Source: Chiloscyllium plagiosum
Lineage: Eukaryota
DNA: 64,000 bases
Assembly (NCBI RefSeq): GCF_004010195.1
Contig: NC_057728.1
Span: 52,344,401 to 52,408,400, forward strand
Direction: 5' to 3'
Part shown: positions 10,730 through 24,070 of the stretch, one piece after another
Layout of the letters: every line of letters starts with the position of its first letter
Numbering within the stretch: the stretch's first letter is position 1
Notes under the pieces: model-generated
Told to the model about the DNA's origin: nothing
The model's input: only the letters and a program-made list of their open reading frames with translations
Databases searched by the model: none
Program-made: the position numbers and the translations under genes

Positions 10730-10936
10730 ATTGTTTGGCAAGTCAATTCTAATTGGCCAGAGCATTAGGGAGCTATATGGTCCCCATGCTCCATTGTAAT
10801 TTAAGTAATTTAAGAAAAGCACCAATGCTTGAATGTGTTCCCTTGTGTGTAGAGAATGGATCCTTGTGTATGAATATCTGTTGATTATAATGAGCATAAA
10901 TAAACCATATTATGAGCTTGACTAATTGCTGTTTGA

Positions 10937-11134
10937 GAAAGTGAGGACTGCAGATGCTAGAGATCAGAGCTGAAAAATGTGTTGCTGGAAAAGCGCAGCA
11001 GGTCAGGCAGCATCCAAGGAGCAGGAGAATCGACGCCTCGGGCATAAGCCCTTCTTCAGCCGAAGGTGTCGATTCTCCTGCTCCTTGGATGCTGCCTGAC
11101 ATGCTGCGCTTTTCCAGCATCACATTTTTCAGTG
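10937..11134. mobile_element. Short palindromic Penelope-related element with degenerate hammerhead motif and 15-bp TSD
   Basis: TSD CTAATTGCTGTTTGA at 10922-10936 and 11135-11149; inverted arms; minus strand CTGAAGA-AGGGCTTATGCCC-GAGG. Confidence 0.8.
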
Positions 11135-12425
11135 CTAATTGCTGTTTGATGTGATTTTTTGATTAGACAGCATTTCCTAAACAACCCTGAAAGTGCCAAT
11201 AGCTAAGATGATTTGCAAGTTAAAGTAAATCAGGCAGGGACATAATGTGACTCATTTCCTTTTAGTAGAGGCAACAGACACTCTTGCACAGGGACCTGTT
11301 TTTTGAAAACAAAAGGAGTATATTCAATAAAGCCAAAATACTGTAAATGCTGATAGTCTGAAATACACACACACAGTGCTGGGGAAGTATGTCTTGCAGC
11401 ATCTGTGGAGAAAGAAACAGTTCATGTTTTGAGTCCAGTGTGACTTCTTCAAGCCTTGGTTCCTATTTTAGTTACCTGGAACCTTGGTGAGTCTGTGATG
11501 TTCTGTTCTTTTCTCCATGTCAATTTGAGTTGTCTTGCCTCAGACAAATCAGCAAGCATTTCCCTCATTGTGTAAATTGTTGCTGTCAACTCTTGTACTT
11601 ATGCTAATGAATACCAGATGAAAATATTTCTCTTTTCAATAACATAGGTAAAGGTGTATGAGCAATATGTAAAGGGCATTGCTGTTGCAGTATTCACATA
11701 TTGAAAACATATTGTTTCGGAAAATAAGATGAGAGGAGTTGCTTTTTACATTTTTGTGCCCTGTATTTGGGAAACTGAACCTTTCAGTAAGTGTTGTTTT
11801 TAAGTAGTGGGGTAGATGTTGCTTTTACTGTCTGACTGTTAAAGAAAGGAATGGATTGGGAGCATCACCCAGTTGTTAAATACTATATGTAATTATCCTT
11901 CCAAGTGAGCATATGAAATGAGAGCAGAAGTAGACTCTTCATCCCTCAAGCGGGCTCCGCCATTTTATACGATCATGGCTACATTTCAAATTCCCATCTA
12001 CCTTGGATAACCCTTGATTCCCCTGACAAGCACGAATCTTCAACATCTACTTTAAAAGTATTCAAAAATATTCCATTGATTTAAATGCTTCTGTTACTAT
12101 TGTGCAATGACTTGATTGATTTTCTTTTTTGCATTCCACAGAAGAACAAAATATTGTACCCACTACTGGTCAAACACTTTAGGAAGGATCTGAGGGTCTT
12201 TGAGAGGATGCAGAGAAAGTTTATCAGAATAGTTCAAATCATGATTTGAACACATTTCTGTATTCAGAATAGACTACAAAGACAAAGCTATTTCCTATTT
12301 GTTTTTGGACATACTGTTCAATACTACTAACAGTTGAGATACTGGCAGAGATGTTAGCAATAAGGAGGGTTTCAAAGCAAAACAAAAGGATGAGTTCAGT
12401 GTGTCACAGTATGTTTTTCTTTCAG

Positions 12426-12537
12426 GGTGAAAATACAGTGCTACGCGAGCAAATCAGAGCCTTAAACAAGGAACTGGAAATTACAAAGGAAAAGCAGCAC
12501 ACATTGGAGCAAGCCTTAGAAGAAATAGAGAAGCTAG
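12426..12537 (+). CDS. CEP290: CEP290 exon 27 equivalent (GC donor)
   Basis: 112 bp, GENTVLREQIRALNKELEITKEKQHTLEQALEEIEKL(G); donor AG|GCAAGT. Confidence 0.9.
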
Positions 12538-12917
12538 GCAAGTATCATATTACTGTGACAAACCCAATTTATTTCAAATACAAGTATACATCCATGTTGT
12601 AAACATGTTATATGTCTCCTGTTTAATTTGATGTTTACTATTTTGCATTTCTGCAAAACCTTAATTTTCCTGTTATTATAATTTGATTTTGAAATGTTGG
12701 CAAATGGGTAGGACCACACTTGTTGCCTATCTCTAGATGTCTGAGACCTTTAGGCACTGCTGCCCTTGTGAGGATTGTGTTGTTGCAATCGTGATGTGGA
12801 GAATTCTAAAATGGTAAGTTGTCTTGAAATAAATTCAGGAGGTGATAATATTTCCACAAGGGATTCTTTCTCCTGCTGATGAAGTAGATACTGCTGTTAC
12901 TGGAGAGTAATAATAGT

Positions 12918-13230
12918 GGGCGGCACGGTGGCACAGTGGTTAGCACTGCTGCCTCGCAGCACCAGAGACCCGGGTTCAATTCCCGCCTCAGGCGACTGAC
13001 TGTGTGGAGTTTGCACATTCTCCCCATGTCTGCGTGGGTTTCCTCCGGGTGCTCCGGTTTCCTCCCACAGTCCAAAGATGTGCAGGTCAGGTGAATTGGC
13101 CATTTTAAATTGTCCGTAGTGTTAGGTAAGGGGTAAATGTAGGGGTATGGGTGGGTTGCGCTTCGGCGGGTCGGTGTGGACTTGTTGGGCCGAAGGGCCT
13201 GTTTCCACACTGTAAAGTAATCTAATCTAA
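12918..13230 (+). mobile_element. Full-length HE1-like V-SINE
   Basis: GGGCGGCACGGTGGCACAGTGG A box, GGTTCAATTCC B box, V-domain TGGAGTTTGCACATTCTCCCC, (TAATC)n tail. Confidence 0.92.
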
Positions 13231-15386
13231 AAAAATAACTTGGATGAGTTCTTATAAAATATGTTTGTTGTCCTGAAAACTGGCAGGGGAAGATCCAGAG
13301 GAGTGAATTGATCAAAATGCTGTGTCCAGCAAGCATAGTGTTGAACTTCTGGAATGTTATTGTGGCTGCAATTAATTGTCATAGAATTGTCTCATGGGTA
13401 GGACCAGCTTTTTGAATGAGTATTATGTCTTTTCCTGACTCTCTCAGCTATTTCTCATAACATTGCACAATGTTTCTCTTTAAATATTCATTTAATATTC
13501 TCTTGAATACCTCAATTGAACCTGCCTACGTCACACTTCCAGCAACTGTATTCCAGACCGTAAATTACTTAGTTAATGAAAAGATTATTTTCTTACATTG
13601 CATTTGTTTGTTTTGTCAATAACTTTAAATCTGCCCTCCCCACCCCCACTCCCACCTCCGTTGTTGAACCTGCAATGAATGGAAACTGTTTCTGCCTTGC
13701 ATCTCATCCAGGAAAACAGTCCCAATTTCTCCAATCAGTTTTCATTACTGAAGTTCCTCATCCCTCGATCTATTCTTGTAAACCTGTTCTGTATTCTCAA
13801 ATGCGTTTATATCCTCCTGGAAGTCTGGCATGCAAATCTGCACACACTCCTCCAACTGAGGTCTAACTAATCATCAAATGTGTTCAAAGTCTAATCAATG
13901 ATGACCCTTAGACACTGTGCATTGAATGTCAAAGGCAGTGATTGTTTGCGATTAAGGAAAGGAATGTAAGACAAGTCAAAAGAGGTTGTGGTGGTCTGAT
14001 GGTAACACCACTGGACTTTTAGTCTGTTAACGAGGACCATTGTTCTGGGGGCATGAGTTCAAATCCCACAGTGGCAAATGGTAAAATGTTATCAACATCA
14101 TGGCATAATGGTAATGTCAGTGGACTAGAGATTCAAAGCTCCCAAGCTCATGCTATGGGTTCACATCCACCTGATGGGGTTTAGTTGAATAAGTCAGCAA
14201 TTCAAAGCTAATCTCTGTCTCATAAGAAATTATGTTAAATGATGAGGTTGTTGCAGTGCAGTGATATCTCTGAGCCAAGAGCTCAGGGTTCAGCTGTTTC
14301 AGAGGTATGCAATAACATCTGGTTGATTAGAAAATATCTATGACAAGTGATAGACAGAGGAAAGTACCAGTTTATTCTGTTTGTCACACATAACATGTAT
14401 TCCTCAATATAAGCAGAATCCTTATAGCCTCCTGCAAGAGGTGTAAAACTGTATGAATATTAGTTGAGCAAGGATCCTGATCCCTATTGTGATTAAAACT
14501 CTCCAGGTGACCAATGATTATCTTTGTAGGTCATTTGTTTGGCATATTGCTTGCCACTTGCTAGCTCAAATCTGTATGTTACCAGATTCCGTTGTAGCCC
14601 AGCATGGGCTGCCTTATTATTTGTGGAGCTAAACATTATTCGTTTATCAGCTGTTGCACTTGTGTTCTGGAGATCCAGTGGCTCTGCAGGAATAAGGGCC
14701 ATTAGAGTAACAGCTAGGCTATTTAGGACTGAGATGAGAGGGTGGTGAATCTTTGGAGTATTTCCCACCCTCACCACCAAGAAAGATGTGGAGGCTCTGT
14801 CGTTGAAAATGTTCAAAAAAGAGATTTATGGTTATTAAAGACATGAAACAATATGGGAATAATGTGGGAATTGGCTTTGAGATAAAGGTTCAGCCATAAT
14901 CCAGTTAAATAGTAGCATACGCTTAATGGTCTGAATGGCCCATTCTTATTCCAGTGCTCCAATGGAGCATGGAATTAACTTTGGTGAACTAGCCATTAGT
15001 GAGTAGGCATTGTTTAATGACACCCCATCACTAACCGGGTGGTGCTGATTTGGTTCAAGCTACCTAGTTTCTTATAGGTACTTAACATTACTAGGAAATG
15101 TTCTAAACTATCAGGGAAATGCCAGTTTTGTAGCTCTTATTTGTATGGCTTGACTATGAGAGCAACTATCTTCAACATTCTGACTGGGCTCCTGTCAGGG
15201 CTAGTATCTTTGTGGGTATACTCAGATGCTCAAATGATATGAAGTAAGCCAGATTGGACATGGGCTTCTAAGAAAGTCTGGATCAAAGGATGAGCTGAGT
15301 ACAACCATCTAAGGCTCATCAGAGTTGACGATGTGGATGCTCATGGCATGCAATACCACCATTCTTGACTCTGCATGTACGATATA

Positions 15387-15559
15387 CAGAGGAACCTCAA
15401 TTGTCCGAAGGACACGGACAGGAGTATTTCATTTGGTTAATTGAATTCCGGATAACTGAATGCTGGATAACATAGTTTAGCCGAGCAACAGGACCTTGCG
15501 ACCCTGCCAGAAAATCCAATATTCCGATAATCGAATGCCCGATAATCGAGGTTCCTCTG
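15387..15559. mobile_element. Tc1/mariner-type (Tigger-like) MITE
   Basis: TIRs CAGAGGAACCTC...GAGGTTCCTCTG flanked by TA on both sides; a second partial copy starts at ~24488. Confidence 0.82.
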
Positions 15560-15844
15560 TATAGGGCCTAATTAATTGATTGCAATTTATTGTACTGCAG
15601 ATTAGATAAATTCTATTATGTTGAAGGCTCAAACAATACAGTGGCAATGTCCCTACCTCTGGGCTGTACAGTTGAGGTTCAAGTCCCACCTCCCCCAGTC
15701 ATTTATTATAATATGTCACATTAAAACTATCAAAATTCTAATATGTTTGAGCGTTCGTAATAGATAATACTTCCATGTTTTCTGTTCTGAGCTAACTTAT
15801 AAACCTAATAAAAGCAATTAAGGGTTTTGGTTTTATTTTTGGAG

Positions 15845-16047
15845 GACCAACTGCCATGGATAAAGAAACAAAAGCAATTACCAACAGTGAAATTGTTTCC
15901 ATCTCCAAGAAGATTACCATGCTGGAAATGAAGGAACTAAATGAACGGCAAAGGGCAGAACATGCTCAGACGATGTACGAACATGTGCGTGACACGCTAA
16001 AGCAAGTTGAAGAACGAAACTCTGAGCTTGAATCCAAATTCTCTGAA
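15845..16047 (+). CDS. CEP290: CEP290 exon 28 equivalent
   Basis: (G)PTAMDKETKAITNSEIVSISKKITMLEMKELNERQRAEHAQTMYEHVRDTLKQVEERNSELESKFSE|gtatgt; acceptor is GAG, so the 5' edge is slightly uncertain. Confidence 0.9.
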
Positions 16048-17299
16048 GTATGTTGCACTTTTAAAATATTTGTTTGTGGGGAAAATCAGTTATAATAAAC
16101 TTGTTGGCATTCTGGTTAAATGTTGTAACAAACTACCACATGGTATGAAAATTGTTTCAGAGAGCCATTGTTAGCGCAATTGTCCAAATGTCTTTCCTCT
16201 GTATTGTAAAATTCTGTGATTGCATACATTTTTATTCCTTTACATTTGTTGGTTGTGATAAATTTTTAATAATCTGTTGATCTGTTATCGGGCAATCGCT
16301 CGCTGTTTCCTGACAGTTCAGGAACAAACTTGGTGATCAGTAATTTCCAAAAGTATTGTTCAATTCATTCTTCGGTTGGTCCTGTTTGTTAACTGGTAGT
16401 CTTTTCATACCTGAGCATTTTATCATGTAATCTTTATTGTTTGCATAAAGAGTTGTGGCTTCTACTTACTTGTTCTTTAATGAGATTTGCTCTATATACA
16501 TTTTTAAGATGTGACATTCTATAGAGCACAGGCTACGTAAGAAGGTAACATATGAAGGAGCAGTAGTAGGCCATACTATCAGTAAGATCATAGTTGATCT
16601 TCAACGTCAATTTCACTTTCTCTTTAACTTCCTCTATTCCTTGATTCACTTAGGGTCCAAAATCTCAGCACCGAATATACTCAATGAGTGACCATCCACA
16701 GTTTGCTGGGGTACAAAATTCCAAAGATTCAGACTTGTTGAAAGAAGAATTTTCTCCTCATCTAAAACATGACTGTCCCTTATTGTTGTATTGTTGTGGT
16801 ATTGGACTTTTTGCTTGCTGGCTGAAGAGCCAATAAGGGACTTGTGCTGGGTGTGTTTGGAGGGTATTGAGGTAAATAAGGGTGAGTTTTCTGGGTCTGT
16901 AAACTATACAGGGAGTTGGTCTGCTGTGTTGGAGAATCATGGTGGGCCTTCTAATCAACTCACCTCCTTTCCCACCATGGTTCTCTCATACCATTCAGAA
17001 TCTTTCAGAATCCACTGCAAACCAAATCTCTTATTTAAAGATGTACTGCCCTTGTAAAGTCACACATGTTCAATGTGCATTTGCAAGCCACGAAGATGCA
17101 CAGGTCAGATTTTCCAGCATCCACATGAAAATGCAGCCCTAGCAGTTTGCAAAGACAATGAAGCCTCTGAGTTCAGACTTTAATTTATAGCAAAGAGTCT
17201 GGTTTCCATTTGGCAGATATTTTAATAGCACAATAACCTTGTTTCACTGATAATACTCTTGTAACTTGGAAGTCACATTCTGGGCAGTTAAGTTCATAG

Positions 17300-17600
17300 T
17301 CAAGGCTGACACTTCAGTATGGTATTGAGGCACTGCAGCACTGTCAGAGGTGCAGTTAAACTGCTATCCTGTCTATCCTTTCAAATTTAGGATATAGGAT
17401 TTAAAATATCCTATAACACTGTTTGATGTTATCCTCCATGTCCTAGCCAATACTTATTCCTCATGTTACAAAAACAGATTATCCAGTCATTATAATATTC
17501 CTGTAAGTGGGAACTTGTTTGCAAGTTGGCTGCTGTTTCCGATATTTCCACAGTGAATGCATTTCAAAAGCACTCCATTGACTATAAATGCTTTGAAACA
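17300..17600 (+). mobile_element. Degenerate Deu-domain SINE (SacSINE1-like)
   Basis: Similar to the copy at 52245-52720 (GGCTGACAC...CACTGTCAGAGG...GTCCTAGCCAATA...ACAGATTATC). Confidence 0.6.
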
Positions 17601-18019
17601 GACAATCAGATCATCATTTATTTCATTTTCTTTTTTATATTTCTAATATCTCTAAAACAAATTAGCTCACTTTTGTTTGGGTAACTATGCTGTGAGCAAA
17701 ATGGTTGTCCCATTTTCCCTAGATAATAATTTTTAACAATACTTAATTGCCTATAAGCTGTCTTAGAATTCCCTAAGCTGGATGAATGTGAGTCTTTTGT
17801 CTATTATCAAGACATGAAATTTATTCTGTCTAATGCAACAAAGTTATTGGTAGTTTTGTGTTTCATTCCAGGTTGCAAACTTGTGAATCACTTTCCTATG
17901 AAATTTTCCTTACATTCAGTGAATGGGATATAAAATGGATGTTTGTCTTTTTTATTGACATGTCCATTTGGCAGTAGTTTTCTTGTTTTTATTATCTATT
18001 ATCTACAAAGTATGCGTTG

Positions 18020-18720
18020 GTAGTATGATGGAATACTCTCCACTTACCTAGATGGGTGCTACTTCAACAACACTCATGAAGCTTGACCCCACTGGGGATA
18101 AAGCAGTCTGCTTAATTGGCAACCCCATCCACCATCTTCAACATGCACACTCTTCACCATCAATGCACAGTGGAAGCAGTGTGTAGCATCTACAAGATGT
18201 ACTACAGTAACTCACCAGGGCCCCTTGACAATACTTTCCAAAATGTGACCTTGATCATCTCAACAGATAAGGGCAGAAAATACATGGGAACACCACCGCC
18301 TGCAAGTTTCCCTTCAAGTTGCTTACTATCCTCACTTAGAAATATATCACCCATTCCTTCACAATTGCTAGATTAAAATCCTGGAACTCTTTACCAGCAC
18401 TCAGAGGATAGTGTGTGTTTGAAACAACTTGCCAGAGGAAGTGGTGGAGGTGAATGCAATTTGCAACACTTAAGGCATCGAGATGGGTTAATGAACAAGA
18501 AGGGGTTCATTTTTGGTTCATATGTGCCAAATGCTGGCAAATGGGATTAGATCAAATAGGGATGTCTGGTTGGCGTGGACGAGTTGGACCAAGGGGTCTG
18601 TTTCCATGTTGCATGTCTCTGTGACTATCGGGATTCAAGAAGGCAGCTCTACCACGTCCTTCTTCAAGACTTTTGGGGATGGGCAATTAATCCTGGCCAA
18701 GTTAGCACGTCCACATCCCA
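18020..18720 (+). mobile_element. LINE 3'-end fragments (CR1/L2 group), nested
   Basis: Shares sequence with 58700-59470 (minus) and with the CR1 3' end at 46070-46270. Confidence 0.55.
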
Positions 18721-18776
18721 AGAATGAATAAAAGGGGGAAAATAATTTAATGTATTCTCTCCTGCTTTTTTGCCAG

Positions 18777-18928
18777 GTAACCAAAATAAATCTGGAGGCC
18801 CAGAGAGTGGAACAAAACCTAAGAGATGAGTTGGCCAACAGTGTAAGCCAAGCAGTGAGTAATGCAGACAGGAGCCGCATCACTGAACTGGAGAAATCAG
18901 AATCTGAGTTAAAAGTTGAGGTGTCCAA
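18777..18928 (+). CDS. CEP290: CEP290 exon 29 equivalent
   Basis: 152 bp, VTKINLEAQRVEQNLRDELANSVSQAVSNADRSRITELEKSESELKVEVS(K), ag/gt. Confidence 0.96.
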
Positions 18929-19168
18929 GTAAGTTAATAGTATTGTAAAATGAAATTTTGTTCATTATAATTTGAATTAAGAGACAGCAAGTTGTTTGTT
19001 GACATGTACCCTCCATCCCCAAATCTTTTTTTGCGATCATAATTTGAAGAGTGGGTATGTATGGACATGTCTTAAAAGGGACTTCCCAGAGCAAAACAAC
19101 TTTGAAATGCATTCATATTTAATGTAAAGAAATGATAACAATATTTGTGGAATGCTCTTATCCATCAG

Positions 19169-19280
19169 GTTAAGAGATGTTGCAGATGTAGCAAAAATGC
19201 AAGTTGCAGCCTTGGAAGCCCGCCAGCAGTCCAGGGAGAAAGAGGTGCAGGCACTTAGGAAGCAAGTACTTGATTACCAG
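19169..19280 (+). CDS. CEP290: CEP290 exon 30 equivalent
   Basis: 112 bp, LRDVADVAKMQVAALEARQQSREKEVQALRKQVLDYQ, ag/gt. Confidence 0.96.
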
Positions 19281-19814
19281 GTTAGGGCATATTTCGCACT
19301 TTTACATTTTAACAAAATGTTTTTCTTTAAGAGGCATATTAAAAATGTTATTGGTCAGACTTTACGCTAATATTTTAAATTGCCACTGAGGGATCTTCAA
19401 AATAAATAGTGATTTAATTAGTTCAGGATTTCTCTTTGCAAATAAGATGCTTTTGCAAAATACTGATAAAAGTGTTAACCTGTGTTATCTTTTGATAGCG
19501 CTTTGTGATTACAACGTTTGAGTCGATTGCAGAAGGCTTTTAAGAGTTGGTTTATTTACATGTTGCATACTATAACTTCACAGTTTATGTAAAAGCACAA
19601 AGAGAGCTATACTTCAAACTATGAATTAACTTAAGAATAGAGTGCTTGACTGGTCCAGTGTTCTTCACTTCAAATCTCACATATGAGAATTTTAAAAGAG
19701 TGTGCCACATCATCCACAAATGCCTCCCATTAAAAGAAATTAATGAATTTTACATCAGCTTGATTATATTTGTGAATTTTTAACCATCATTAATTGCTGT
19801 AATTTTAAAAAGAT

Positions 19815-20165
19815 TTTCATTCATGGAATGTGGGTATTACTGGCTGGATCAGCATTCGTTGTCTATCCTTTCATTGCCCAAAGGGCAGTTGAGAGTCAAC
19901 CACATTGCCATGGGTCTGGGATCACACATTGGCCAGACCAGATAAGGATGGCAGATTTCTTTTCCTAAAGGATATTAGTGAACCAAATAGGTTTTTCCTG
20001 ACAATCAGCCTTGGTTTTGTGTTCATCATTAGACTTATATTTCCAGATTGTTATTGAATTTAAATTCCACCATCTGCTATGATGGCATTTGAACCAGGTA
20101 TTTAGAACATTGCCTGGGTCTCTGCACTGAAAGGAGTCTAGCGATAATATCACTAGACCATCGCC
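19815..20165 (-). mobile_element. Second tRNA-derived SINE-like family
   Basis: Minus-strand head resembles the + strand pieces at 13985-14220 and 62725-62885 (GGTAATGTCA.TGGACT...GGTTCAAATCCCAC). Confidence 0.5.
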
Positions 20166-21517
20166 TCACCCGAGTTCAAAGTCTCATCTAGTTCACTAGC
20201 ACCCATTTGAAGAGGTAATCTGTCGTCCTTACCCAGTCTAACTTGCTTGTGCCTTCGGACCTATCACAGTATGGCTGACTTTTAACTGACCACTTAAGCA
20301 AGCCGTTCAGTTCTAGGGCAAACAGGGATAGGCAACAAATGTTTACCTAGTCAGAGACATCTGGATTCCATGAAAAACTTTTTAGAAGTTCTTAGCCCAT
20401 GTGAGAACATGAAAAATATTGTACTAGATAGAGACACTTTAAATCTATCTTAATTTGTTCAGAATTTAGCAGGGTTACCTTTGTGTTTCAGTGGGCTTTC
20501 AGTACTTACCAAATGTAGTTCAAATAAATTAAAGTTGTCTCAATTTCTGTTAAATCATTATACACAATCACACATTCCAGAATGATTTGGGATTTATTTT
20601 TGTCATTTGTACATTATCAGTGATGTGTTAAGGGACCTTTACATGTTTTTTATTATTGATTTTATTGATGGGTTAATTTACCAATGGAGATAAAAGATAA
20701 CCTTCACACGATATAACTGTGTACATGATCTATGTGTTTGACACTGATCTTGGGTCTCTACAGTGCACAATCCCTATCACTAATTTTCTTAAGCAAAATG
20801 CTGCAGTTGCTGAAAATCTGAAATAAAATATTGGCAAATTCCCAGCAATGCAAATGGCAACTGTCGGTGGAAAATGGAATAAATGTTTTGCTCTTAGTGG
20901 AGAGATTGAAGATGCTGGAGTTATTCTTCATAGAGAAAAGAACATTTGACAAAATTCTTTGCAATCATCAAAGTTTTTGATATAATAAAAAGGAGAAATT
21001 GTTTTCAGTGTGCAAAGGTTCAGTAATAATACAGGGAAGTTTTCTGGTATTAAGTAAAAGCAGTGGGAGCAGCATGAAGAACACAGAGATTCTTTTGATC
21101 TAGAATGCATATTTGAAACAGTCACAAAAAAGATTCAAAAGTAACTTTCAAGAGGAAAATATAAATAACTAAAGGGAAAATATTTATTGAACTGTGGGGA
21201 AGAGCAGAGGAAGAGTTCCAGTTAGACACCCCTTTCAAAGAATCTGAACAGGCACATAGAGCCAATTGGCCTTTCTCTTTTCTGTGTCATTTTCCAAATC
21301 TAGCTCGATGTCTATTTCGGATGAATTCTTCCATTGCTGGTGTATGTCCTGTAGAGGATATTCCAGCGTTTGATTTTTTAAAAATTAACATTCTTAAACC
21401 CCATGAACATGAAATCATCAAAATAAATTGCTAAGAATTGCTCAAAATGTCAGATTGCCCACTATCGACTATAGATTGTCTATATAAATATCTGTTCATG
21501 ATATTCTTCTCATTCAG

Positions 21518-21973
21518 GCACAGTCAGATGAGAGAGCTCTCATTGCAACATTGCACCAACACATTATCGCGTTGCAGGTGAGTGAAGCCACTGCTGTTAG
21601 CAAGCTGCAGGCATTTGCAAGCAAGCTGCAAAAAATGGAGGCCTGCAACCTGCGGCTGATGCAGAAACTGGATGAGAAGGATCAGACCCTTTTCCACACC
21701 CGACTAGAAGGCAAGAACAAGGCTAAGCACCTGCGGCAAACTATTCAATCCTTGCGAAGGCAGTTCAGTGGAGCCCTGCCTCTTGCACAGCAAGAGAAAT
21801 TCTCAAAGACTATGATGCAGCTACAGGATGACAAGATGAAGATCATGCAGGATGTTAAACGTTCCCAAGAGGAGAGGAGAGTGGCAGAAGACAAGGCATT
21901 GGAACTGGAACTGAAGCTGAAAGGGCTAGAGGAATTGATAGGATCACTAAAGGATGCAAAAGGAGCACAAAAG
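21518..21973 (+). CDS. CEP290: CEP290 exon 31 equivalent
   Basis: 456 bp, AQSDERALIATLHQHIIALQVSEATAVSKL...LRQTIQSLRRQFSGALPLAQQEKFSKTM...DAKGAQK, ag/gt. Confidence 0.97.
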
Positions 21974-22371
21974 GTTGGAAAGTTTTAAAACTGAATTTTG
22001 TCTTAACATATGATGAACTGACAGACTTCTCATGATAAAACAAAGAATTACGAGTGCCAGAGATCTGAAACACAAACAGAAATTGCTGGAGAAACTCAGC
22101 AGGTCTGGCAACATCTGTAGATAGAAATCAGAGTTACCATTTTCAGTCTGCCATTCTGAGAGACGTTGTCAGACCTGCTAAGTTTCTCTACCAGTTTATG
22201 TTTTTGTTTCAGACTTCCTGTGACCTTGCTTTTGGGAAGTCAGTTTTTATAGTCAAGTGTGACTGAAAGTAACTCTGACTTTTACACGAAAGATACAATA
22301 GATCCAAAGTGATTACGGACAGCATTGTGCTAACCAGTATATTGGAGATGATGTGGGACATTCTTTAAAGG

Positions 22372-22682
22372 GATTAGATTCCCTACAGTATGGAAACAGG
22401 CCCTTCGGCCCAACCAGTCCACACCGACCCTCCGAAAAGCAACCCACCCAGACCCATTTCCCTCTGACTAAAGCACCTAACACTATGGGCAGTTTAGCAT
22501 GGCCAATTCACCTAACTTGCACATCTTTGGATTGTGAGAGGAAACCGAAGTATCCAGAGGAAACCCATGCAGACATGTGGAGAATGTGCAAACTCCACAC
22601 AGACAGTTGCCCGAGGCCGGAATCGAACCAGGGACCCTGGTGCTGTGAGGCAGCAGTGCTAACCACTGAGCTACCAATCCCG
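22372..22682 (-). mobile_element. HE1-like V-SINE
   Basis: Homologous to 12918-13230. Confidence 0.88.
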
Positions 22683-22865
22683 CCTGATACAGGCAGGAAT
22701 TGTGGAATGGTTACAGTAGAGAAGGACGCCATTGTCCCATCATGATTATTTCAGCTATCTGAGAATTGGTGCTAATTTCCTGCCTTTTTCCTACCTACAT
22801 ATTGTTTCTATTTAAATAATCATCCCATGCCGCCTTACTAAAATCAATAATTCTACCCACCATAT

Positions 22866-24070
22866 TTAAATAAATATTTAACAATCAAATGGCTACAATC
22901 CATGAAGGATGCTCTTTGAGCAGAGAGAGAAAACCCTGCTCCATCTTCTGTTTTGCCAGAGTTGCAACCTCTTCCACAATCCCTGAAATCCTTGCTAAAA
23001 TCTTCATATTCTCTCTGCTCAGTACGCCCAAAGTCCTTCACCAGGTCTTTACTGGCCTGGGAGCAGGTTCAGCAGTATCTACTACCAAGCTCTGGGACTG
23101 AGTGTGATGCTGGAAAAAGCACAGCAGGTCAGGCGGCATCTGAGGAGCAAGAGAGTCAATGTTTCGGACATAATCCTTCATCAGGACTGGGTTACGCTAG
23201 AAATGTCGACTCTCCTGTTCCTCGGATGCCACCTGACCCTTGCTTTCTCCAGCATCTGCAGTCCTCAATATCTCCTAAGCTCTGGGTATGCCAGACTGCA
23301 AGAGTCACCAGTAAATCTGACTATTTGGCATCTCTGAAGGATAGGATACTTTCCCAGTGAATGACAAAACCCTACTCTGCCCTTATTATTACCATCCACA
23401 GATATATCAGTGCAGGTAGATCTGTTGTTCTTTGGTCGGTTTTCATCTGCCTTTTTAGTTGGGTTACAAGTTGTCAGCTACCTGTAGAACAAAATCTGAC
23501 TGGAAGATTACCAAGGGTAGCACCTAAATATTAAAAATATTTGATAAATCAAAAGATAGGAAGGTTGGAAAGGGTGGTGGGGAAGCTTGGTTAACTAAGG
23601 ATGTCAGTATAATTGTGAGAGATTACCTTGACCTGGAAAAGCAAGCAATCAGTTTGGGCAGGATTGGGAGTTAGGTATTACAGGTAGTTATTTATAAGAG
23701 TAATTTCTAGGCTCCCTAACACTAATTACCTTGGTGTATCCTAGAAAAACTATTTGGGGATGTAAGAAAAGTACCACAATAATAATGGGTTATTTCAGAA
23801 TATTTGTAGATTAGGCAAGTCTGAATGGCAAAAGTAGCCTGGGAAATTAGTTCAGAGGGTACTTTTAAGATGGTTTCTTAGGATAGTGTGTTTCTTAGGA
23901 TAGGTTGGACGTACTGGGCAGAGAGAGTTTGAATATTTTAGCAAGGATTTCAGGGGTTGTGGAAGAGGTTGCAACTCTGGCAGAATAGAAGACAGAGCAG
24001 GGTTTTCTCTCTCTGCTGAAAGAGTATCCTTCATGGATTGTAGTCATTTGATCGTTAAATATTTATTTAA
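22866..24070. repeat. ~165-bp inverted repeat pair (22866-23031 and 23905-24070)
   Basis: The arms are reverse complements with scattered mismatches; ORFs 22953+ and 23852- translate near-identical peptides. Confidence 0.85.
23097..23276. mobile_element. Short palindromic Penelope-related element with hammerhead motif and 10-bp TSD
   Basis: TSD AAGCTCTGGG at 23087-23096 and 23277-23286; minus strand CCTGATGA-AGGATTATGTCC-GAAAC. Confidence 0.75.

Noticed and set aside
10432..12425. Counterpart of the human intron-26 cryptic exon
   Set aside because: The intron is ~2 kb of lineage-specific repeats with no visible homology to assess.
12918..12995. tRNA gene
   Set aside because: The A/B boxes belong to the tRNA-derived head of a multi-copy SINE; there is no complete cloverleaf.
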